A stretch of 64,000 bases of DNA from an archaeon. GTDB taxonomy: Archaea; Undinarchaeota; Undinarchaeia; Undinarchaeales; JBDRKL01. The notes under the pieces were generated by a model that ran no database searches, was not told the origin of the DNA, and worked only from the letters and a program-made list of their open reading frames with translations. The translations under genes were made by a program, and so were the position numbers. The stretch is from assembly GCA_043814055.1 (NCBI GenBank), contig JBDRKL010000009.1:13141-77140 (forward strand). Direction: 5' to 3'. Position 1 is the stretch's first letter. Each line of letters opens with the position of its first letter. This document shows positions 45,017-52,563 of the stretch, piece by piece.

Positions 45017-45086
45017 CAACAAAGCCTGACAAGGCACACCAGCTTTGTGTGGATTTCAAAGCTGGATAAAAAGGAGGAACTTTGAA
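45017..45086 (+). promoter_or_regulatory. E-element copy E4 upstream of the FKBP gene
   Basis: cacaacaaagcc-N14-CAGCTTtgtgtggatttcAAAGCTG-gataaaaaggaggaactttgaaATG. The hairpin-to-ATG spacing of 22 nt is the same as in E1 and E3. Confidence 0.6.
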
Positions 45087-45800
45087 ATGGCAGAAAAGAT
45101 ACAGGAAGGGGATTTCATCACAATAGATTACATTGGGCGTGTCAAGGACACGGGAATGATTTTTGACCTCACGAATGAGGAGATTGCGAAAAAGGAAGGC
45201 CTGAACACAGAGGGTACGGTTTACGGCCCTGTCACGGTTGTTGTAGGAGCTAGGCATGTTGTGCCTGGGCTTGACAAACAGCTCAGCTCGCTCAGCGTGG
45301 GGGAGAAGAAAAAGATTGACATTGAATCAGCTGATGCATTCGGCAGCAAGGACGCTGAACTCGTGAAGCTCGTTCCAATGAATGTTTTCAAGAGGCAGAA
45401 GGTGAACCCGATTCCGGGAATGCCTGTTGAGCTTGAAAGGCAGAAGGGAATTGTGAAATCAGTGAGCGGCGGCCGCGTTAAAGTGGATTTCAATCACCCG
45501 CTTGCTGGAAAAACACTGGAATATGAGGTTGAGGTCAAGGGAAAAATAATCAAGGCTGAGGAGCAGGTTAGAAGCATACTCAAACTGCACGTGCCAAGTG
45601 TTGAAATTAAGGACGTCAAGATAGCGGTTACGGAAAAAGAAGTTGAAATTAGCACGCCGAATGAGATGCAAACCAGAAGGTATATAAACCTAACAGAGGA
45701 AATAACTGCACGAGATATACTTAAGTACGTCAAGGGGGCAAATCGCGTGCGGTTTGTTGATGTATTTGAAAAGGGAGAATCTAATATTAAAAACTCTTAG
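45087..45800 (+). CDS. FKBP-type peptidyl-prolyl isomerase (long archaeal SlyD-like type)
   Basis: GDFITIDYIGRVKDTGMIFD...GPVTVVVGARHVVPGLDKQL...VKVDFNHPLAGKTLEYEVEV. Confidence 0.8.
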   Translation: MAEKIQEGDFITIDYIGRVKDTGMIFDLTNEEIAKKEGLNTEGTVYGPVTVVVGARHVVPGLDKQLSSLSVGEKKKIDIESADAFGSKDAELVKLVPMNVFKRQKVNPIPGMPVELERQKGIVKSVSGGRVKVDFNHPLAGKTLEYEVEVKGKIIKAEEQVRSILKLHVPSVEIKDVKIAVTEKEVEISTPNEMQTRRYINLTEEITARDILKYVKGANRVRFVDVFEKGESNIKNS

Positions 45801-45812
45801 AGGGAGGAAAAA

Positions 45813-46910
45813 ATGAAGCTTATGAAACATGAAGAGGGCACTGGTAAACTTTATCAGATGCCGTCAAATCCTAACTTGGAAGACCTTGTAAGGACAAAGA
45901 GAACTTCCATAAAAGTTATAGGAGCAGGCGGAGCAGGAAACAACACAATCAACCGATTGATGGACATTGGTGTGGAAGGAGCAGACTGCATCGCAATCAA
46001 CACAGACGCGCAGGACCTGCTTTACACCAACGCACACAGCAAGGTACTCATAGGCAAAGAGATTACCGGCGGGCTTGGAGCTGGAAGCGACCCACAGGTT
46101 GGCGCTGAAGCGGCCAAGGAAGATGAGAAGGAACTTAAGGAAGTTCTTCATGGCGCAGACCTTGTTTTTGTCACATGCGGTCTTGGCGGCGGAACCGGAA
46201 CAGGCAGCGCGCCAATTATCGCAGAGCTTGCAAAGAAGACCAAGGCGCTCACAATTGGAATCGTAACACTGCCGTTCAGCATTGAAGGCGCTGTCCGATG
46301 GGAAAACGCACAGGCAGGACTCAGCGCGCTGCGCGAGAACACAGACACAGTTATTGTAATACCAAACGACAAGCTTCTTGAAATTGTCCCTGAACTTCCA
46401 CTCAATGCAGCCTTCAAGGTTGCGGATGAGATTCTTGTGAACGCAGTGCGCGGAATCACTGAACTCGTCACTAAGGAAGGACTCGTGAACTTGGACTTCG
46501 CTGACATAAGGACAATAATGAGAGACGGCGGAACCGCGATGATAGGCCTTGGCGAGTCAGATACCGAGGAGAAAGCAAGGGACGCTGTTGAGAAAGCACT
46601 TACAAACCCGCTTCTGGACATTGACATCACTGGCGCAAAGGGCGCACTGATAAATGTCATCGGCGGCTCTGACATGACCCTGCAGGATGCGCGGGTTGTG
46701 ATGGAAGCAGTTTCAGACAAGCTTGACTCGAATGCACGGATAATCTGGGGCGCACGAATTGACCCAGATCTTCAGAACCTTATGCGAGTCATGCTGGTTG
46801 TCACAGGACTGAAACAGCAGAAGCAGATTCTCGGCCCAGAGGGCGTTGAGGAAAAAAAGGTTTACAGAAGCAAGATGGAGAAGGAATACGGCATCGAGTT
46901 CGTCGGATAA
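45813..46910 (+). CDS. ftsZ: Cell division GTPase FtsZ
   Basis: GAGGAGNN...[16 protein letters not shown]...NLDFADIR. Confidence 0.95.
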   Translation: MKLMKHEEGTGKLYQMPSNPNLEDLVRTKRTSIKVIGAGGAGNNTINRLMDIGVEGADCIAINTDAQDLLYTNAHSKVLIGKEITGGLGAGSDPQVGAEAAKEDEKELKEVLHGADLVFVTCGLGGGTGTGSAPIIAELAKKTKALTIGIVTLPFSIEGAVRWENAQAGLSALRENTDTVIVIPNDKLLEIVPELPLNAAFKVADEILVNAVRGITELVTKEGLVNLDFADIRTIMRDGGTAMIGLGESDTEEKARDAVEKALTNPLLDIDITGAKGALINVIGGSDMTLQDARVVMEAVSDKLDSNARIIWGARIDPDLQNLMRVMLVVTGLKQQKQILGPEGVEEKKVYRSKMEKEYGIEFVG

Positions 46911-46945
46911 AGCCGCACTCGTTCCCTGACCCTTTTTGAGACCAG

Positions 46946-47101
46946 ATGAGGAAAATAAGAGATTATCTGCGCATATTGAAAGTGGCAAAGAAGCCCACGT
47001 TTACCGAGTACAAAACAATCCTGAAGGTTACGGGCATCGGCGTCATAATCATAGGCGCAATCGGCTTTGCAGTAAGAATGCTGGCCAATCTCATAAAATA
47101 G
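46946..47101 (+). CDS. secE: Preprotein translocase SecE/Sec61-gamma (51 aa, below the track cutoff)
   Basis: MRKIRDYLRILKVAKKPTFTEYKTILKVTGIGVIIIGAIGFAVRMLANLIK. Canonical position before spt5. Confidence 0.75.
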   Translation: MRKIRDYLRILKVAKKPTFTEYKTILKVTGIGVIIIGAIGFAVRMLANLIK

Positions 47102-47656
47102 GTGATTTCTTTGGGAATATACGCGATACGAACAACTGCAAACAAGGAAAAGAATGTTGCGAGCAAGCTAGTTGACCGTATCGAGAGGGATAAGTTCCCG
47201 ATTAGTTCAATAATCGTGCCTGGCTTGAAGGGCTACGTCCTCGTTGAGGGGGACAAGCAGGATATTGACAAGGCATACCGCGGAGTTGCGCACGCGCGCG
47301 GCCTCGTGGAAGGCGAGACAAGTGTCAACGAAATTGAGCACTTCCTAGCGCCAAAACCGGCTGCAACATCGCTTGAGGAGGGCTACACCATTGAAGTAAC
47401 GTCCGGGCCGTTCAAGGGTGAGAAGGCAAAGATAATCAAGGTGGACAACACCAAGAATGAAGTCACTATTGAACTGCTTGAGGCAACAGTTCCGATTCCA
47501 ATCACAGTCCCTGCTGAATCCGTGCGAGTGCTTGAGAGAGAGGGAAAAGAGAAGAAAGACGGCGCAGAGGAAGCAGAAGAGAAAAAAGGAAAAGCTGATA
47601 AAGAAGAAAAGACAGAGGAGATAGAACCTGAGACGATTGATCCGTTTAAACTTTAG
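47102..47656 (+). CDS. spt5: Transcription elongation factor Spt5/NusG with a Lys/Glu-rich tail (GTG start)
   Basis: NGN domain IYAIRTTANKEKNV and KOW motif IEVTSGPFKGEKAKIIKVD. Confidence 0.85.
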   Translation: MISLGIYAIRTTANKEKNVASKLVDRIERDKFPISSIIVPGLKGYVLVEGDKQDIDKAYRGVAHARGLVEGETSVNEIEHFLAPKPAATSLEEGYTIEVTSGPFKGEKAKIIKVDNTKNEVTIELLEATVPIPITVPAESVRVLEREGKEKKDGAEEAEEKKGKADKEEKTEEIEPETIDPFKL

Positions 47657-47658
47657 AA

Positions 47659-48447
47659 ATGGTAGAAAAAATTAAGTCACTTGTTGAGGGAGGCAAGGCA
47701 TCCGCCGGACCTCCGCTTGGCCCTGCGCTGGGACCTCTAGGAGTGCCCATAAACAAGGTGATTGAAGCCATTAACGAGAAGACCAAAGACTACAAGGGGA
47801 TGCAGGTTCCTGTTACTGTTTCTGTTGACCCGAAGACAAAGGCTTTTGAAATTGAAGTCGGCTCACCTCCTGTTTCAGCATTGATAAAAAAAGAACTCAA
47901 CCTGGATAAGGGCTCAGGAAGCCCGAAGAGCGAGAAGGTCGCGAACATGGCTATTGAGCAGGCAATCAAGATTGCAAAGATGAAGGAAGACGCGATTCTT
48001 GCAAAGGACCTAAAAGCCCGCGTCAAATGCGTTATTGGCACTTGCGTTTCAATGGGAGTACTTGTTGAAGGGAAAACCCCGCAGGAAACTACTGCAGATA
48101 TCAACGCGGGAATTTATGATCAACCAATTTCTGAGGTAAGGACTGAAGCGAGCGCAGAGAAGCTGGCAAAGCTTGAAGCACAGAAGAAGGAGCTCGCTGC
48201 GGCAGCTGCAAAGGCACATGAGGAAGAGGAAAAGAAGGGCAAGGATATTCTGGAGAGCATGAAGAACAAGGACAAGGCAGATATCCGCGCTGCGATGAAG
48301 GCAGAAGGACTAAGCACTGCGATAGTAATGAAGCTCGTGCCGGAAGATGTGGTTGTAGCCGAGGGTGCAGAAGGCGCGGCAGCCGAGGGCGAGAAGAAGG
48401 AAGGAGCAGCAGCTCCGGCAAAAGAAGAGAAGAAGAAAGAAGAATAA
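47659..48447 (+). CDS. rpl11: Ribosomal protein L11 with a C-terminal extension of about 100 aa
   Basis: GGKASAGPPLGPALGPLGVPINKV...VTVSVDPKTKAFEIEVGSPPVSALIKK core, then a helical and Ala/Glu/Lys-rich tail ending EGAAAPAKEEKKKEE. Confidence 0.9.
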   Translation: MVEKIKSLVEGGKASAGPPLGPALGPLGVPINKVIEAINEKTKDYKGMQVPVTVSVDPKTKAFEIEVGSPPVSALIKKELNLDKGSGSPKSEKVANMAIEQAIKIAKMKEDAILAKDLKARVKCVIGTCVSMGVLVEGKTPQETTADINAGIYDQPISEVRTEASAEKLAKLEAQKKELAAAAAKAHEEEEKKGKDILESMKNKDKADIRAAMKAEGLSTAIVMKLVPEDVVVAEGAEGAAAEGEKKEGAAAPAKEEKKKEE

Positions 48448-48478
48448 TTATAAATACTTCTCAGGATTATTCGGTTCT

Positions 48479-48889
48479 ATGGCAGAATTACTTGGACTTG
48501 CTTGGGACGCCTGGCTTATGGGCATTATAGTTATCGTATTGTCAGTCGTGACTGCGTACATTTTCATATGGAAAGTCGTGGGCGCGCTGAGGCAGTACCT
48601 TGACCGCTATATTGGCGACCACAAGCTGAGCGATGCGCTGATAAGGCTGCTCGGACTCTCAATACTGTTCAGCGCGCTTGACATTGGCTTTAACAATCTG
48701 CAGATACAATATATTTCAACCGTGCTTGAGCCCATCATAGACGTTGCGCTGATGGCACTGAGCATGCTCCGCTGGGGCGTTTACATAGCCGCCCTGCTGT
48801 TCATTGGGTTTGCAATATACCACGCGTCCACTAAAACAAAGGGAGCAGAACCAGCAGCTCAACAGCAGTACCAGCAACCACAGCAATAG
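48479..48889 (+). CDS. Membrane protein, unknown function (start at MAELLG)
   Basis: 3-4 TM helices and a Gln-rich C-terminus. The longer N-terminus in the track only reads through the rpl11 tail. Confidence 0.45.
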   Translation: MAELLGLAWDAWLMGIIVIVLSVVTAYIFIWKVVGALRQYLDRYIGDHKLSDALIRLLGLSILFSALDIGFNNLQIQYISTVLEPIIDVALMALSMLRWGVYIAALLFIGFAIYHASTKTKGAEPAAQQQYQQPQQ

Positions 48890-48971
48890 AATTTGTGGAC
48901 AAAGAGCCTACTTTATGGACTGACTCCTTTTATTCATAAAGATTAAATAAGCATATTTGTTATGTAAGGAT

Positions 48972-49838
48972 ATGAAAAAGTTATCAAAAATTCTATTGAT
49001 AATAGGTATTATATTACTTATTCTTTCTATTGGAGCTATACTTCAAGCAACAAAATTTGTTTCTGAAGCAAAATCTATGCTTGAATCTAGAGACGCACAA
49101 GAAATTGAGTTATATTCTCCGGGGGAGATAGCAGAAGCGGAACTGAGCTGTTCATGGAGTGCAGATACAATGTTTAAACAACCGAACGAGGTAGTTAATA
49201 TTATTACTGAAGAAGAAGCTAAAGATTATCTAGAATCTTATTATGCAAATACTATTTCTAGGGTTAAAAGTCAACCATTACTTCAATATTTCTCTTCGAT
49301 TACCCTACTTGAAAGAGATAGTGATATCTTTGTCAAGATTGATAACAATCTTTGTTCAAAATTATTTCCAATAACTGGTTTCAAATTTGAAGGAAAGTAT
49401 GGTAATAGCATTGTAAATAGTTATTTAGTCACTAAAGCCGGAGAAGTATATCAGTATAATCTAAATAAAGATAATTGTGTTGAATCTTACTTAGAACATT
49501 GTTTATCTAACACTGAAAATGAAAAGCTAGAACCTCTCGTTCCTTTAATCTCTACAGTGATTATAGAAGAAGATGTAATTCGAGATGTAGAAACTAGAAT
49601 CGCTCCTAGCAAAACAGCAGTAGATAATAATTGTATGTTTATAGATTATTCAGATATTCAAAAAGAGATTGCAGAAATAAGGGAGTCTAAAGGTTACATT
49701 GTAACTTTAACTATACGAGGAGACATAGAAAAAAGGGTTTATGATTGGGGCTCATGCCAACCTGTTGAAATAAGGTCAATTTGCGGAGCTCATGAATGGC
49801 AGTGTATTAATGTTAAAGAAGTTATAGGTGTCGTATAA
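48972..49838 (+). CDS. Hypothetical membrane-anchored protein, strongly AT-rich
   Basis: N-terminal anchor KILLIIGIILLILSIGAIL and a Cys-containing ectodomain. No family recognised. Confidence 0.45.
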   Translation: MKKLSKILLIIGIILLILSIGAILQATKFVSEAKSMLESRDAQEIELYSPGEIAEAELSCSWSADTMFKQPNEVVNIITEEEAKDYLESYYANTISRVKSQPLLQYFSSITLLERDSDIFVKIDNNLCSKLFPITGFKFEGKYGNSIVNSYLVTKAGEVYQYNLNKDNCVESYLEHCLSNTENEKLEPLVPLISTVIIEEDVIRDVETRIAPSKTAVDNNCMFIDYSDIQKEIAEIRESKGYIVTLTIRGDIEKRVYDWGSCQPVEIRSICGAHEWQCINVKEVIGVV

Positions 49839-50013
49839 TCTATCTTATACTCCCCCCATAGCGCAACAGGGCAAAAGGAATGCTTAACTAATTCTGTTTA
49901 AAAAGTGACACTTGTTTTCGACTTATTAAACAAAGCTGTAGCAATAGAAACCTTTAAAAAGGTCTTGCTACATTAGAATAGCTCACCACTAACTGCTTCG
50001 GCAGTAGGACAAC

Positions 50014-50751
50014 ATGGAAGTTAAAGAAATCGTTGAATCCGTAAAGGCAGCCCGTGACGGCGCCAAAAAGCGAGGTTTTATCCAATCCTTCGACCTAGCC
50101 CTGAATCTAAAAGGCTTGGACTTGAAGAAGCCAGAGGGCAAGATTAAGGAAGAGGTTGTTCTCCCGCACGGCCGCGGAAAAAATATTACTGTTGCAGCTT
50201 TTGTTGAGGGTGAAGTCGCTGAAAGCGCGAAGAAAGCTGGCATTGAAACGCTCATAAACAAGGCAAAACTCTCTGAGCTCGGCGCGAACAAGAAGGAAGC
50301 AAAGAAGTTGTGCTCAAATTTTGATTTTCTCATAGCCCAGCCAGACCTAATGGCTGAGGTAGGCAAGAACCTTGGCGCTATTCTCGCGCCGAGGGGAAAA
50401 ATGCCAAAACCAGTCCCGCCAAAAGGAGACCTGAAACCAGTTCTTGAAAGGCTCAAGCGGCTCGTGAACCTTCAGAATAAGGGTCAGCCTGTAGTTCACT
50501 GCCTGGTCGGAATTGAAACAATGGAAGATATGCAGATTGCGCAGAACATTGAGGCGGTTTACAATGCAGTCACCAAAAAGCTTCCGCGTGGCGATGCCAA
50601 CATAAAGTCCGCGCACGTCAAGCTCACAATGGGCCACGCAGCCAGAATTGGCGGCGAAACCGCAATGAGCAAGGCAGGCGCAGAGGAGTCAAAAACTATT
50701 AACCACGAACTACCAACTACAAACTCCAAAAAGGATGGTGATTTAAAATGA
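50014..50751 (+). CDS. rpl1: Ribosomal protein L1 with a short C-terminal extension
   Basis: AKKRGFIQSFDLALNLKGLDLKKPEGKIKEEVVLPHGRGK... Confidence 0.9.
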   Translation: MEVKEIVESVKAARDGAKKRGFIQSFDLALNLKGLDLKKPEGKIKEEVVLPHGRGKNITVAAFVEGEVAESAKKAGIETLINKAKLSELGANKKEAKKLCSNFDFLIAQPDLMAEVGKNLGAILAPRGKMPKPVPPKGDLKPVLERLKRLVNLQNKGQPVVHCLVGIETMEDMQIAQNIEAVYNAVTKKLPRGDANIKSAHVKLTMGHAARIGGETAMSKAGAEESKTINHELPTTNSKKDGDLK

Positions 50752-51701
50752 GAGACGGCACAGTACCAGAGTGGAAAATAAAGGCCGTGTCCGACCTCGC
50801 CAACCTAATCAAGGAGTACCCAGTGGTGTGCGCGATAAACCTGCAGGGGCTTCCAGCAAAGCAGTTAGTCAAGATAAAGCAGAGCTTTGGCGAAGACGCG
50901 ACTGTAAAGATGGCCAAGAAGAGCATACTCATCCGTGCGCTTGCCAATGTAAAGATGGATGAGCTAACTGATTATTTCAAGGACCAGCCAGCACTCTTGC
51001 TTTCAAAGGTTGGCCCTTTCAAGCTCTCAAGGAAAATTCAGGACTCCAAGGTCAGCGCGGCTGCAAAAGCAGGCGACATCGCACCGAAAGACATTATAAT
51101 TCCAGCAGGCGAAACCAGCTTTGCACCAGGACCAATAGTCAGCGAGCTCAACAAAGCAGGAATCGCTGCATCAATTGAGGGTGGAAAAGTTGTTATCAAG
51201 AAAGAATCCGTGATTGCAAAGAAGGGCGCCAAGATTACCAAGCTGCAGGCTAATACTATGACCAAAATGCAGATTGAGCCAATGGAAATTGGGCTTGACC
51301 TGGTTGCTGCTTATGAAGACGGAAGGATATACAATTCAGACGTGCTCGCGATTAACACCGAGCAGGTGCTGGGTAACATGCAGCTTGCGAAGATTAGCGC
51401 GTTCAATTTGGCTTTCTACATTACGTACCCGACAAAAGACAACATTGAGATGTTCATTGCAAAAGCTTTCAGGGAGGCGAAGTCGCTTGCAACTGAGGCG
51501 AACTTTATGTGCCCTGCAACAGCAAAGGATCTGCTTGCCAAGGCCAATGCGCAGGCAAATAATTTGAAGGCGAAATTGCCGGATGTTCCGGCAGCTCCAG
51601 CTGAAGAAAAGAAAGAGGAAACTGCTGAAGAGCCTAAAACCGAAGAAGTGAAGGAAGAAGCAAAGCCTGAAGAAGAGAAACCCGCAGAAGAGAAGAAATA
51701 A
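50748..51701 (+). CDS. rplP0: Ribosomal stalk protein P0 (L10)
   Basis: PEWKIKAVSDLANLIKEYPVVCAINLQGLPAKQLVKIKQSF... with an acidic tail PAEEKKEETAEEPKTEEVKEEAKPEEEKPAEEKK. The usual terminal hydrophobic GLxxLF-type motif is absent. Confidence 0.9.
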   Translation: MRDGTVPEWKIKAVSDLANLIKEYPVVCAINLQGLPAKQLVKIKQSFGEDATVKMAKKSILIRALANVKMDELTDYFKDQPALLLSKVGPFKLSRKIQDSKVSAAAKAGDIAPKDIIIPAGETSFAPGPIVSELNKAGIAASIEGGKVVIKKESVIAKKGAKITKLQANTMTKMQIEPMEIGLDLVAAYEDGRIYNSDVLAINTEQVLGNMQLAKISAFNLAFYITYPTKDNIEMFIAKAFREAKSLATEANFMCPATAKDLLAKANAQANNLKAKLPDVPAAPAEEKKEETAEEPKTEEVKEEAKPEEEKPAEEKK

Positions 51702-51726
51702 ATACATAAAGACCTATTTTTAGGAT

Positions 51727-52407
51727 ATGGCTTATGATTTACACTCAATAGAACCAGATCAAGATTTAAGATATGACAACAGACCGAGTTATTTTAAAAT
51801 GCGAGATAACTCACTATTAAAAATATATAGCGAAACATATTTTAAAAAACTCAAAAAGTTCCCGGATGAAGCGGTTTTGTTCAGGCTGGAGCTGTCAGCA
51901 AATTTAAATATCTATAAAGAGACACACTGGGAACGTTCATTTTGGGAGATTCCAAAAAATAAACCGAAAAAAATTGAGAGCTATATACAATTTGTCGATA
52001 AGATGTATAATTGCTGGAGGTCAGTTATTGACTGGTATTCTTGGTATGAGTATAAGAAATATTTTCTGGGCGGTACTTTGTGGGATAAGTTAAAAACAGA
52101 AACTGGGAAAAAAGATGCAGAGATTAAAGAGAGGGTTTATGGAAAACACTTTTTAACAGAACAGAAAGTAATCAATATTTTTAAGATGTCAGCAAAACAA
52201 ATGTTTATGCCGACCTGGTTGATTCCAGAAGACATTAAAAAAATAGAAGGTTTTTGGGGTGGCGGAGACTGGAAAAAGGATAAAAAAATATGCTCATTTA
52301 ATAGGAAGAATCATGAGGAATGGAGAAATATAAAAGTTTTTGATATTCTCTTCTGTAGATTTTTTGACAATGTGGTTGAAAAAAAGATGCTTGGTGATGA
52401 CATATAG
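51727..52407 (+). CDS. Hypothetical Trp/Tyr/Lys-rich protein, strongly AT-rich, in the canonical rpl12/P1 slot
   Basis: 226 aa with no similarity to P1/L12. Its TAG stop is followed in-frame by 37 stalk-like codons. Confidence 0.45.
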   Translation: MAYDLHSIEPDQDLRYDNRPSYFKMRDNSLLKIYSETYFKKLKKFPDEAVLFRLELSANLNIYKETHWERSFWEIPKNKPKKIESYIQFVDKMYNCWRSVIDWYSWYEYKKYFLGGTLWDKLKTETGKKDAEIKERVYGKHFLTEQKVINIFKMSAKQMFMPTWLIPEDIKKIEGFWGGGDWKKDKKICSFNRKNHEEWRNIKVFDILFCRFFDNVVEKKMLGDDI

Positions 52408-52521
52408 AAGGAAGAGGCTCCTGCGACAGAGGGAGAAGCTCCAGCTGAGGAGAAGAACGAAGAAGCTGAAGCTCCAAAGGAAGAGCCTGCGGTTGAAGGC
52501 GCCGAGAAAAAGAGTAAATAG
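52408..52521 (+). pseudogene. Orphan stalk-like acidic tail coding remnant
   Basis: KEEAPATEGEAPAEEKNEEAEAPKEEPAVEGAEKKSK*. It has no start codon of its own, has host-like GC, and is in-frame directly after the TAG at 52405. Confidence 0.45.
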
Positions 52522-52563
52522 AACTATTTTTGCACGTTAGAACAATTGTTGTCGCTGACCATA

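Noticed and set aside
46936-47175. A 79-aa track ORF between ftsZ and spt5.
   Set aside because: Its translation is basic, Cys/His-rich and lacks a TM segment. The other frame (46946..47101) gives a textbook SecE/Sec61-gamma with a single TM, in the canonical position.
52405-52407. TAG readthrough or recoding that would join the AT-rich ORF to the acidic tail.
   Set aside because: TAG clearly terminates several well-supported genes in this window (ftsY, the TrmB-like gene, spt5), and there is no pyrrolysine-type context. The in-frame arrangement is better explained as an insertion remnant, although readthrough cannot be formally excluded.
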